Of a stretch of 64,000 nucleotides of DNA, positions 20,245 through 30,300 are shown piece by piece. The stretch lies in assembly GCA_963794945.1 (NCBI GenBank), contig CAWCFT010000006.1, positions 96,001 to 160,000 on the forward strand. The letters are read 5' to 3'. Source of the DNA: Endomicrobiales bacterium. GTDB taxonomy: Bacteria; Elusimicrobiota; Endomicrobiia; Endomicrobiales; CAWCFT01. Position 1 is the first letter of the stretch; each line of letters begins with the position of its first letter. The position numbers and the translations under genes were made by a program. Below the pieces are notes generated by a model. That model saw only the letters and a list, made by a program, of their open reading frames with translations. It was not told the origin of the DNA and ran no database searches.

Positions 20245-20268
20245 CCCCTCTTTGAAAATAAAGAGGGG
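20245..20268. terminator. Terminator-like hairpin after 20276-20884
   Basis: CCCCTCTTT-gaaaat-AAAGAGGGG stem immediately downstream of the stop codon. Confidence 0.5.
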
Positions 20269-20275
20269 CGCATAA

Positions 20276-20884
20276 CTAATTGCCCATTCTTTTTTTGATC
20301 GCCTCAATAACTTCCTGGAACATCTGTATCTCTTCTTTAAGCCTTCCAGCGGCCTCTTCTGTCAGGCCCGGCTCGGTAAGTTTTTGCTGCTTTTCTGCAA
20401 GTGTGCCCTGCTGCTGCGCGAGGGCATTTGGCAGCATTTGAGCGGGCAAAATTTCTATGCTTTTCAGCATCGCGGCCTTCAATTCCGGTATGGTTTGCGG
20501 CGCGCCATGAACGGGGTGCTTTTCAGGTTTTTGTTCAGTTTTATTCGCGTTATTTTTGGCTTCTTTTTTCACTGTTGGCAAAGCTTTTTTCGCGGGTCTC
20601 CGCGGCTTTACAAACACACTTAATTGTTCGTTTTCTTTGCATTCCGATTCACATTTTATAGCCTTATATGTATCATCTATTTGTATCAACTTGTTCAGGC
20701 TTTTATTCAAAGACCTGAACACTTTCATCTGCTCATCTTTGTTCTGTCCTGATACACTTAATTTAACCCATATTTTTGGGTTAATTTTCAACTTTTCTAA
20801 AGCGTCATCCAACACTTTTTTGTGCGTCTGATTCACATTTTCAACAGCTGGATCGTACAACCTTTCAAAGCTAACTTCGTCCAT
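20276..20884 (-). CDS. Hypothetical Lys/Glu-rich protein
   Basis: 202-codon ORF with strong AAGGAGG RBS and a downstream hairpin; no recognised motif. Confidence 0.7.
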   Translation of the reverse strand: MDEVSFERLYDPAVENVNQTHKKVLDDALEKLKINPKIWVKLSVSGQNKDEQMKVFRSLNKSLNKLIQIDDTYKAIKCESECKENEQLSVFVKPRRPAKKALPTVKKEAKNNANKTEQKPEKHPVHGAPQTIPELKAAMLKSIEILPAQMLPNALAQQQGTLAEKQQKLTEPGLTEEAAGRLKEEIQMFQEVIEAIKKRMGN

Positions 20885-21619
20885 TTTTATCCTCCCTTTA
20901 TAATGGAATTTTTACGGCCCTTTTTTAGCCTATTTTTAGACTTTTTTACGTCTTTTCGCGCGGTTATTTATCAGTTTTTATCTAAATATTTGTGTGATTT
21001 TATTTCAACTATTTTTTAGCATTATATTTACACTATTTTAGGGGTTTTTGTAGCTTTTCACGTGATTTTTATGCAGTTTTTTTGTTGAATTTTATTAAGA
21101 GGCTATATTGATTGATTATACATGTAATAATGCGTTTTATAATACCCGTATATTAGGCCATAATGCGGGCACAATCAGGCCCATTTTAGGCACGCCTGAC
21201 GCGGGCAGGAGTTTATGCGGAAAAACCGTGGCTTTAGCCCTGGTTTAGGCATGGAAATCATGTAAAATAGTTGGCGTTTTAGGCCGCTGGATAGCGGCTT
21301 TGAGCCGGGCTGGGTAACGTGTGCTAGTCTTGCCATTTATAGGCCTTGAATTGCTTAGATCATACTAGGTTGGGCACTACATGAAACCAGCCAGCTAAAT
21401 ACTGCCATTCTGAGCGGCCTGGAACATGTATCCAGTGGCTTACAAATATGGTTGGGCACTACACCCATTTATTCAGCCAAAATCGTGTATCCCTGAGTGT
21501 CGCAGATCCGCCGGTCATTTGGCGGGCCGAAATCAGGAATCCAGGGCCTCAGGTTAGGCCTATGATTGACCAGTGAATTATGCCAAGGAACGGCGTTTGT
21601 TAACCGGAATCCAGCCTTA

Positions 21620-21706
21620 TTGTCATCTCGAATCCCGCAAAGCGGGATGAGAGATCTTGTTTTTAATAGGAGATTTCTCTCCCACCCAGCGGGATCGAAA
21701 TGACAA
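21620..21706. repeat. Palindromic intergenic element, copy 1 (TTGTCAT...ATGACAA)
   Basis: Terminal inverted TTGTCAT/ATGACAA with internal GAGAGATCT/AGATTTCTC arms; right half nearly identical to 25664-25780. Confidence 0.75.
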
Positions 21707-21827
21707 CCATAAAGGATATTAATGCACCCCCGGGATCCGATACATGGGGTTGACCGGATGGGAGAGGGGGCGCAATGATAGCCTCTTGTTCATGCCTGTT
21801 TTCCTAATCTTTGCACACGCATATAAT

Positions 21828-22985
21828 TCAATATCCATTAGAATAAAAAAGATGGACATGCCCACACTTTGAGCAAGCAGATACTGCAATTTTAGCAATA
21901 CCTGCAGGACGTAACCCAAAATTATGTGTTGGAGCAGCATCCCCATTAGATACCATTTCATATTTCCCAAGTCCACACACATGACATATCTTTTGTGCTT
22001 TATTATCAAGCACGTCGGCATTCAAATTAACCGCTTGAATAATAGTATCTAAAAGTTTCAAAAGTTCCTCTGTACTTTCTAGACATTTGTTTTTTTCTTC
22101 TACGATACATTTTTCAAATATTTTTTTTGCCCATTGAATTTCAGGTAAATTAGGAAACATCCTTTCAATATTATAGTCATCTTTATCGTAATACCATAAA
22201 TTAAGATATGAACGTCCTGAAAGCATACTCCATAGGATTTTTCCTAAGCCATAAATATCTATGCTTTTATCAATGTCTTCAATTCTCTTTCCCATTGCCC
22301 ATTGAGGCATCCATTGCCAAGAGCCAACGTTTTCCATAGTGTCCGTAATTCGTGTTTTTGTGTCATCCATAAAAAACACAATGCCCATATCGGCTATTAT
22401 TGGTTTTTCATCATCATCTATAAAAATGTTTTCCGGTTTCAGATCCCTATGAACTATTCCCTGGTTATGGATTGCCTGAACACCTTCAACAATTTGACGA
22501 AATATATTCAATGAATGACGCAGGTTGCCTTTATATGCTGCAAGATTATTGCCCAAATGTCTTTTCTTGTAATATTTACTGACCCACCATCCTTCATCCT
22601 TGTTATGGTCGACAATTTTGAAAACATTCTTATGGTCAATTAATTCGTACGATTTTATTTCTTTATCAAAGCGTTCTTTTGCCTTTTGTGATGACTTATA
22701 ATTACTTTTATAAATTTTGATTACGTATTTGTTTGTTGGGTTAATATAGCCGTTTAAACTTTTAAAATTGTCATAAAGATTATTATATTTATCTGTTAGA
22801 CTAGAATGAATATTCCCGGCAGCCATCTGAACACTATACAAGTTAAGGGCCATTTGACTAAGCAATTTCTGCACTTCTTTACTGCTATCTTCTATCGCCA
22901 AATAGACATCACCCTGTCCCCCAATTCCTAGCACATCCCCAATTTTTTGCCATTTTCCATATTTCTCATTCATGGTAACTCCCAA
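21828..22985 (-). CDS. Hanks-type Ser/Thr protein kinase with C-terminal Zn ribbon
   Basis: GIGGQGDVY, VIK, HRDLKPEN, DMG (DFG position), DIYGLG; CHVC...CSKC at the C-terminus; AT-rich. Confidence 0.9.
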   Translation of the reverse strand: MGVTMNEKYGKWQKIGDVLGIGGQGDVYLAIEDSSKEVQKLLSQMALNLYSVQMAAGNIHSSLTDKYNNLYDNFKSLNGYINPTNKYVIKIYKSNYKSSQKAKERFDKEIKSYELIDHKNVFKIVDHNKDEGWWVSKYYKKRHLGNNLAAYKGNLRHSLNIFRQIVEGVQAIHNQGIVHRDLKPENIFIDDDEKPIIADMGIVFFMDDTKTRITDTMENVGSWQWMPQWAMGKRIEDIDKSIDIYGLGKILWSMLSGRSYLNLWYYDKDDYNIERMFPNLPEIQWAKKIFEKCIVEEKNKCLESTEELLKLLDTIIQAVNLNADVLDNKAQKICHVCGLGKYEMVSNGDAAPTHNFGLRPAGIAKIAVSACSKCGHVHLFYSNGY

Positions 22986-23210
22986 CTGAATATTTTTATC
23001 GAATAAATATATATCTTTTGACTCAAGCCTATTTCGTCGGCAAACTAATTATCCTGCGTAAAATGAAAAAACCACACCAAAAAAAGGCGTGGTTTTGTCA
23101 ATATTTGATCTAAAATTGTTTTGACCCCAAGGCTGTAAGACATTATTTCCCCTAAAATAACGATTACGCGGATCATGAAGGCAGGTATCGCAAATACACC
23201 AACAATTGCA

Positions 23211-23244
23211 ATACTACCTCTTTAAGGCGGTGTTGTCAAGAAAC
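23211..23244 (-). promoter_or_regulatory. Sigma70-type promoter, copy 1 of a duplicated sequence
   Basis: TTGACA-17bp-TAGTAT; 31-bp block matches 26300-26330 at 29/31. Confidence 0.6.
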
Positions 23245-23253
23245 TGAAAACCG

Positions 23254-24696
23254 CTAGAAAAACAGAAGAAAGATCGGCAATGGGACGAACAGAAGATTGT
23301 CTTTTGTGCCAACGTCGTTAAAAGTTTTTGTAACGACTATGCCGGTTTTTTGTTCGTACTTTTTCATAAAAGCTTTTATCAAGGCAACGTCCGACGCGTC
23401 TTCGCGGTATTTAACTTCAACGGGTATCAGGCGGTTCCTTCCGAGGTTAACGATGAAGTCGATCTCGCCTTTTCCTTCTTTGCAATAGCTGAGCTCCAGC
23501 GCGCCCATAAAATTGCTCAACGCGTTAAATACGAGGTTTTCGGCATAATAACCAAGCATACGGCTGTCTTCGAGTATCTTATCGCCCAGTTTCAGGATGG
23601 CATTGCGAAGAGCGAGGTCTACAAGGTAGCATTTTACGCTGCCTCTTCTAAACTTGAAAGCCCGCTTGCTGAACCGTGGGATGCTTTTAACAAGGTCCGT
23701 CATCTCCAGCAGGGGCAGGTACTTATCCAGCATAATACGGCTGACCCCTATTTTACCCGATGTGTTCTCGAGATTAATTTCCTGTCCCGGCTGCTCTATA
23801 AGCGACAGATAGAACCTTTTGAGGTTTTCAGGTTTACGAAATTCGGTCGCGATAACAAGATCTTCAAAAATTACTTTTTGGATCTGATTGTCATATAAAT
23901 ACTGCTGTTTCTGAACGATATCCTTGAAGTCCCAGGTTTCAGGGAAACCGCCCTCCACGAAATATCTATTGAGCAAGTTGTTCAGGTCGGTAAATATTTG
24001 TTCAGTAAAATTCAGCGGGCTTCTGGCGGTTTCCAGCGCCTGCCAGTCTATTACCATGTCATGCTGAAGGTTTTTACCGAATTCATTGGCCCTGTTGACA
24101 AAATCCAGCAAACTGACATTATCTTTTGAGAAAAAGTATACAAATTCCCTGAACGAGAAAGGCTTGAGATGATATTCTTTAATTCTACCCATAAGGCTTT
24201 CCCTGCTCTTTTTGAATATGGGAGATGACGCCGAACCGGAGATGACGAATTTGAAAGGGAAAGTTGAAAGGTCGTAATATTTCTTCAGGTACAATTCCCA
24301 TTTTTCAAGGCGCTGGATTTCATCAAGAAAAAAATATATCGTTTTGCCGCTATGAACAGTATCAGCCCATTTCATCAGATCATCAAAAAAATGCTCGATC
24401 CCGTGCTTAGTGAAAAGAAGCGGATCATCAAAAGAGAAATATATGATTTGCCCGGCCTCTGATTGATGGTCATCGATTAGGGCTTTTATCATCTGTTTTA
24501 ATATGGTCGTTTTCCCAATGCGCCGGGGGCCTGTAATTGAGATGATCTGTTTTACCTGCAGGAGATTCGAATATATATCATTATATATCGGCCTTTTAAA
24601 AGCTTGTGTTTCAAAATTAGCATTGACCCACCATGGATTATAGGGCTGTAATATGTCTTTAATATCGATTGGATATAAGCCATCCATGTTTTTCAT
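23254..24696 (-). CDS. AAA_14 ATPase with C-terminal DUF4143 (PD-(D/E)xK-like) domain
   Basis: NPWW, Walker A GPRRIGKT, Walker B FLDEIQ, SGSAS, GGFPE, EIDF...PVEVKY. Confidence 0.92.
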   Translation of the reverse strand: MKNMDGLYPIDIKDILQPYNPWWVNANFETQAFKRPIYNDIYSNLLQVKQIISITGPRRIGKTTILKQMIKALIDDHQSEAGQIIYFSFDDPLLFTKHGIEHFFDDLMKWADTVHSGKTIYFFLDEIQRLEKWELYLKKYYDLSTFPFKFVISGSASSPIFKKSRESLMGRIKEYHLKPFSFREFVYFFSKDNVSLLDFVNRANEFGKNLQHDMVIDWQALETARSPLNFTEQIFTDLNNLLNRYFVEGGFPETWDFKDIVQKQQYLYDNQIQKVIFEDLVIATEFRKPENLKRFYLSLIEQPGQEINLENTSGKIGVSRIMLDKYLPLLEMTDLVKSIPRFSKRAFKFRRGSVKCYLVDLALRNAILKLGDKILEDSRMLGYYAENLVFNALSNFMGALELSYCKEGKGEIDFIVNLGRNRLIPVEVKYREDASDVALIKAFMKKYEQKTGIVVTKTFNDVGTKDNLLFVPLPIFLLFF

Positions 24697-24706
24697 TAAA
24701 TCTCCC

Positions 24707-24762
24707 TTGACATTAATTAATTTATGTATGCTATATTATACATAATAAAATTTAAATGTCAA
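24707..24762. promoter_or_regulatory. AT-rich imperfect palindrome upstream of the ATPase (promoter/operator candidate)
   Basis: TTGACATT..TTATGTAT / ATACATAA..AATGTCAA inverted arms; TTGACA on both strands. Confidence 0.45.
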
Positions 24763-24954
24763 GACTTGTGTATATTGTATTATACATAATATATATTATT
24801 GATATAATTATTCATAAATCAATCATTTTATAAATGATGTATTCTGGATAATTGTATTTGGTTACCATTTTTGGCCATTTAAAAAACATCAGGGTGGGAA
24901 AAACCGGCAAAGCCGGTTACTCAAGGCCTGCCCGCTTTCGCGCTATTTTTAATC

Positions 24955-25614
24955 TTACTTCATGGGATAGCCGACGGTTTGGGCGGCGATTATTTTCTGG
25001 CTGTCTTTGAGGTTCATTGCTTTGGCGAGAACTTCTTTATTGACGCTTCCCCTGACAACGGTGGCAAGGCCTTGTGAAGCGCAATAGAGGTAGATGTTCT
25101 GGCTTACATAGCCCGCGTCCATCGCGGTGTAAACGGTGCGGCCCTCATCGTTACCCTTGGCCATTTTTGACCAATCAGCAACGAGGATAAGGTTAACAGG
25201 GGCGGTTTTTACGAACGGCTGGTTTCCGGTAAGCTCTCTGATATCCTTTGGCGAGATAAGCTCCAATGAATTCTTTGGAGCGTTATAAAGATAGAGCCCG
25301 TCCGCCTTTGAAACATACACATCTATTTCCTGGCAGTTCATCGCGGTAGGCGCGGTGCGCTTGCCGGAGCTGGGCCTGTTTACACCGTCCGCCGCCCAGA
25401 GCAGGTTTGAAAGTTCCTGCATACTCAGAGCTTTTGTTGTATCATATTCCCTTAATGTCTGCCTGAGTTTAAGCGCCTTCATTAACGGCTTGCCTATCTC
25501 CATCTGCGGCTGAGGAAGCTGTATCTGTTTTGCCGAACTATCCGCCGCCCAAACAGCAGGGTTAACACCCAACACAAACATAACCAGCACTAACAACAGA
25601 TTTAATATCTTCAT
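24955..25614 (-). CDS. SagB/ThcOx-type nitroreductase family protein with signal peptide
   Basis: LSNLLWAADGVNR..KRTAPTA, DAGYVSQNIYLYCASQGL, QTVGYP; start ATG 25614 behind AAGGAGG. Confidence 0.9.
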   Translation of the reverse strand: MKILNLLLVLVMFVLGVNPAVWAADSSAKQIQLPQPQMEIGKPLMKALKLRQTLREYDTTKALSMQELSNLLWAADGVNRPSSGKRTAPTAMNCQEIDVYVSKADGLYLYNAPKNSLELISPKDIRELTGNQPFVKTAPVNLILVADWSKMAKGNDEGRTVYTAMDAGYVSQNIYLYCASQGLATVVRGSVNKEVLAKAMNLKDSQKIIAAQTVGYPMK

Positions 25615-25663
25615 AAACAGCCTCCTTGAACCTAACCTTACCGGCAACAGTTTTACGACCTTG

Positions 25664-25780
25664 TTGTCATCCCGAATTCCGTTCTTGGGTGCCTGCCCGC
25701 CTAGGTACAGTGGCGGGAGGGATCTTTTCTATAACAAGAAGCAAGATTTCTCTCCCGCCGTGGCGGGATCGAAATGACAA
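25664..25780. repeat. Palindromic intergenic element, copy 2
   Basis: TTGTCATCCCGAAT...AGATTTCTCTCCC...GCGGGATCGAAATGACAA, matching 21620-21706. Confidence 0.75.
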
Positions 25781-25810
25781 AGATAGCAGGTTTTCAATTA
25801 ACTCAAAATA

Positions 25811-26236
25811 TTAATTTTCACTTTTTTTATTTCCGTATATTTTCATATATTCTTCATAGGGGACCAGTTGTTTTTCAGTAGAGGAATAAGACAGATGGAA
25901 CGCTCCGTTCTTTATGGGCAATATTTTCACATCGCCTTCATCGCCCGCAAATGAATACCACGCCGTGCCTATAATATCTTTTTCGGGATTTATAGACGCG
26001 CTGGACATAATATTTGCCGCCAATACTTGTTCGGCCTTGTAAGGCGACGGTTTTATGTTGTAAAACGTTATGTCTATTGTGGCCGGGCTTTTATCATTCA
26101 CCGGGTCAGTATACGAAACTATATATCTAACTCCGCTCAATTTAATGTTAACGGAATCAGCGCCGAGAACAGCAGTTGCTACTGCCATGAGCATCGCCAT
26201 AGCGAATAAAATTAATTTTTTCGTATTAACCTCCAA
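25811..26236 (-). CDS. Secreted hypothetical protein
   Basis: Signal peptide KKLILFAMAMLMAVATAVLG; no recognised domain. Confidence 0.65.
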   Translation of the reverse strand: MEVNTKKLILFAMAMLMAVATAVLGADSVNIKLSGVRYIVSYTDPVNDKSPATIDITFYNIKPSPYKAEQVLAANIMSSASINPEKDIIGTAWYSFAGDEGDVKILPIKNGAFHLSYSSTEKQLVPYEEYMKIYGNKKSEN

Positions 26237-26296
26237 TATTACCGGAATTATTTGCGCGGATATTAAGGCAGATCACCGATATACGGCTGTAATTTT

Positions 26297-26330
26297 ATCC
26301 TACCTCTTTAGAGCGGTGTTGTCAAGAAAC
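26297..26330 (-). promoter_or_regulatory. Sigma70-type promoter, copy 2 of the duplicated sequence
   Basis: TTGACA-17bp-TAGGAT. Confidence 0.55.
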
Positions 26331-26356
26331 AGAGAATTCCGGTTTTGCCCTGTTTT

Positions 26357-26432
26357 GTAGCCGCGAAGCTTGCTTCGCCTGTTTGGCTTTACGGTTTTAC
26401 TGTAACACCAGCAGAGCAAGCCCTGCCGCTAC
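26357..26432. repeat. Inverted GTAG-type REP doublet (REPIN-like)
   Basis: GTAGCCGCGAAGCTTGCTTCGC and inverted GTAGCGGCAGGGCTTGCTCTGC, each a GTAG tetranucleotide plus hairpin. Confidence 0.65.
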
Positions 26433-26525
26433 AACAGCATTTATGCCTATTGCAAAAATTGGGCTTATGAAACTATTATTGCAATGGCTCTGTTCGTTTC
26501 AAGCTGTTGTTTTTCTGCTGCTAAT

Positions 26526-26583
26526 AAAAAAGGGTGCCCCATCCAAAGGAGTCCGGGTAGGATCATGGATGGGGCTTTTTTCT
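26526..26583. terminator. Bidirectional terminator-like hairpin downstream of giant gene A
   Basis: 10-bp stem GCCCCATCCA/TGGATGGGGC with A-run on the left and T-run on the right. Confidence 0.55.
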
Positions 26584-26612
26584 TAACACAAAACTATGAA
26601 CTCCGCCGGGCG

Positions 26613-27320
26613 CTACGCGGCGGTTAATATTTCATCCATTGACCTGACATTGAATATTTTTTCGTTCCTATTCATCTTATGCAGTTCTTTCGGCTCTCCC
26701 AGCCTCGGTATCAGGTCTATTATCGTGTTCACGGCCTGCGGGGCTTTTGCCGCGCACAATTCTTTGACCTTGATATTTAGCCTGCCGTAAAACACCGCCG
26801 CGTTGACATCATTTTGTTCTATGAACTGCTCCGGAGTGATGAGCGTGCCTTTGCCTTCCATGCCTTCCATCTTCTGCTGCATAAGCTTGCGGCCAAGAAC
26901 AACTTCAAGCTCGCGGTCGGCAAGGCCGTTAACTTTACCTGCGGCGTTAAGTTTCGCCTTCGCAAGCATTTTGCCGGCTATGGCCGTAAGGAACGACCTT
27001 TTCAGCGCATCCAGCTTTGGCTCGTTCTCCGTGCCTTTAACTTCCGAGCTTAATTTTTCTAGATAAGTGTTAACCGGATGCGGAGCGCCCTCTATACCCA
27101 TTGCCGACACTATCTGGACAACCGTGCCGCCTTTAATCGCGCTTACCAGGGTGTCGGTATCAGCGAGAGAGTTGGGCAACTTATCCCTGTCCCACGCGTA
27201 TCCCACTTCACTGACGTACTCGTTCGAAACCGCGCCGGGGTTATAAAGGCTTAAGATAGTCGTTTTAAGTATTTCGGTGAGCGCCACCCTGTCGATTATC
27301 GACCTTTCGCCGCCTTTCAA
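26613..27320 (-). CDS. Giant protein A, C-terminal fragment
   Basis: Overlaps the end of ORF 27265-33051 in another frame; ends ILTAA*. Confidence 0.7.
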   Translation of the reverse strand: MKGGERSIIDRVALTEILKTTILSLYNPGAVSNEYVSEVGYAWDRDKLPNSLADTDTLVSAIKGGTVVQIVSAMGIEGAPHPVNTYLEKLSSEVKGTENEPKLDALKRSFLTAIAGKMLAKAKLNAAGKVNGLADRELEVVLGRKLMQQKMEGMEGKGTLITPEQFIEQNDVNAAVFYGRLNIKVKELCAAKAPQAVNTIIDLIPRLGEPKELHKMNRNEKIFNVRSMDEILTAA

Positions 27321-30300
27321 CAGGCCTTTGAGGTCGCTGAGGTTCAGTATCTTGCAGGCCAGCGCGGGAACCTATGAGCCTGCTCTTGAGCATCTCGGCG
27401 CTTTCGTAACCGCGGATGGTTTCGGCCCCGACACCCGCGCCGCCGGATGCGAAGTCGTACATCTTTGTTTCGCCGCCGAGAGTCTCCACATAGCCTGCGA
27501 AGCCCAGTTCTCTGTAATGATCCTTTAGCGAATCGCCGCTGCTTAAGTCTACGCAGATCCTTACCCCGCTTTTCCTTGCAAGCTCGGCGATGGAGCTTAT
27601 TTTGCTGTCCTCAAGGCCAGCGAACACCGCCGGATCCACTATCATCTGGCTGTTGCCGGCTTTGTTAAAGACTTCGAGGTTGGACATGAATTCTTTGATG
27701 TTCGCGAGCCCGTCCAAGTCTATATAGATATTTTGAGGCATCGCGGCGCTTTCGGCGTTCCTGATGGTGATAAGTTCGCCTAGTTTCGCCGAAACGGCGG
27801 CTTCGTTCGTCACCCCGCCGTCATCGGCGAAGAGGTCGGCGGTAACCACCATGCTGCCCAGCCCGTTATAAGATATTTTTCTGCCGCTCTGCGTGTGGTC
27901 AACTATTATCCCGGGCCTTAACCCGCCCGCGTCGACATCCACGTTTACCATGCGGAGGAACTCAGAGAACCTGCCGCTAAATTTTCTGGACGCGGATATT
28001 TTCCCCCTGTTCAAAAGCATCCCGGACATTGTTTCCGCCAGGTTATCGTTATCACGGCCTTCCGCGAACACTACCAGCGCCCCGGCCGCGGTGCTTGCCC
28101 AAACCTGTTTCCCGTCCACCATCATGCCTGTGCTGCGCAGGCCCCAGCTGTCGGGGTCAGCAGGCATCTGGCCCATAAGGTAGATATTAGTGTGGACCTC
28201 GCCGTTCGCGTCGGTTTTCGCGGCACCGAATTGCCTTACGGCCCGTTCAAGCCCCGAAGGACTGACATAGTGCCAGTCGACCAGCGCCCGCGCAACGGCG
28301 CTTTTGCGGGCAGGTAACGGGTTAAGCATACGCGATATAACGTTGCGGGCCCATTCAACTATATTGTTTAGCCCGTCTTTCAAACGAGCAACGGCGCCGA
28401 TACCGGCATTTCTTTTATTCACATTTGGCGTTTGAACTTTTATTGCTGTGTTGTCGATAAGTTTCGGCGCGGTTTCGGGCGAGAGTTTCATGCCTGCTTT
28501 GGCATTATTAGTTTCTGCCGCCAGCGCTGCCGGCTCATTTATGCCCTGGATATAATTTAACGCTTCCTCAGGGCTACTAACTATATGCATCAGGTCAAAA
28601 TCGCCGGCGGAAACCAGCTTCGGGTCGTGCTCTCTTAACAATTGATTTTCTACAACGCTTATTATCGGCTGCCAGAAGTTTTTACCAATTAAAACAATGG
28701 GCTTTTTTGGCATCTTGCCTGTCTGCATGCTTGTAAGCATCGCGAACAGCCTGGCGACCGCGCCGATATCACCCGGGCTCGGAAGAAATACATAGGCCTT
28801 CGCATTCGTGTGCATGTAGAACAAATGATTAGTGATGCTTTTTGTTACGACAATATTATTATCGTAAATGACCGTGTTTTCCGCCGCACCTCTATATGAG
28901 CCTGAATACACTGCCGCAAAGAGCTGTTTACTGTACTTAGCCATAAATTCCTCATCGCCGTAAACTGTATCCAGCGCCTCGCCAGGAGAACAAATGCGTA
29001 TGTTATCACCGCTGTTAGCTAAATTCGAAACCAGCTTTTTATAAAAGCCTGACTCTATGGAATTCTTTAACGGGCGCCCTGCTATAACGACAGCTTCCGG
29101 CTCGGATTTTATCTTTTTCATTACTGACACCAGTTCTTCGCTGTCCCTCCTAACGTCAGGCTCAGTGATCCTGTAATAATTATTCTTTTTGGCCCTGTCA
29201 GACAACGAAATACGCTTAACCGCCGTTTCAGGATTGTCCGTGACCTTTCGCGACATATTTGTTCCCACTTCGGTGTCAATAACATCCAATATAGGCTTCC
29301 AGAACTCTTTGTTTACCATTATTACGGGTATACCCTGTTCTTCAGTTTCCAGAACCTCTTCCATTGTGCCGAAGCCTCCCGGAAGTGCTATGTCCCCTAA
29401 AAGGTTAGAGTATAGGCCAAGTTTTCTCGTAGGAAAATATTTGGCGTCGTAATGCTCCTCACACTCTATCGCCGATTTCTGTTCGAACGGCAGGATAATA
29501 TTTACACCCTGTGTTTTCATAGTTTTCCTGTCAGGGTTAGTGATCTTGTACTTTGCCCGCATCTGAAGGTACCCTTCCGGCGCCGAAGACATCAGCGAAT
29601 TGTAGGCGGCTCCGGTCCTGACCGCGTGCCCGAATTTGCACACTATGGCGCCCACCTGTTTGCCAAGCTCATATATGTAGTGTCCTCTTCTTATCCTGGC
29701 GCTCCCGTACACAGTTATGCTGGGCTCCCATTTATAATTCTGTATCAACACCTGGTTTCTTTCCTCATTGATCTCAGCCACCTCATCGCCCGCAGCAGGA
29801 GCCAGGAATTTATACATCATCCAGGTCCAGATGGTATTGGCGATATAAGCACTGAAAAATATCAATACATCACCCGGTGTAAATGAAATAAAGTTCCCAA
29901 GCAGTCTCTCGACAATCCAACCGATCCATGCCGCGGAAAACCAAAAAATCGTATATGCCCCCAGAACGCTGTAGTTATTTTTAATTATATTATGAAATTT
30001 TTCCGTAGCGCTGCTGCCGGTAAAAACTTGTTTTAAAGGCACTTTGTTCCCAAGAATTTGGTACACAGCTACTGCCACGGGTGTATTTAAGATAATACCT
30101 AAGAAACCGGTGTCAAACATGCTTTTCAGCATTAAAGCTACAGTACTATTGCCCAATACATGAGTAAGCGTTTGTGGAACAAAATACCCGTAATCCGACA
30201 TATCAAAATAAATTCCCGCCAGCATAGAGCACGCCATCCAGCGCAGCATCATTTTCTGGGTGCCCTTGTCTTTTATTGCCGCAGAGACATTTTTAATAAA

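Noticed and set aside
21240..21560. Integron attC/attI array
   Set aside because: GTTRRRY cores lack matching upstream RYYYAAC arms, and there is no integrase or cassette ORF pattern.
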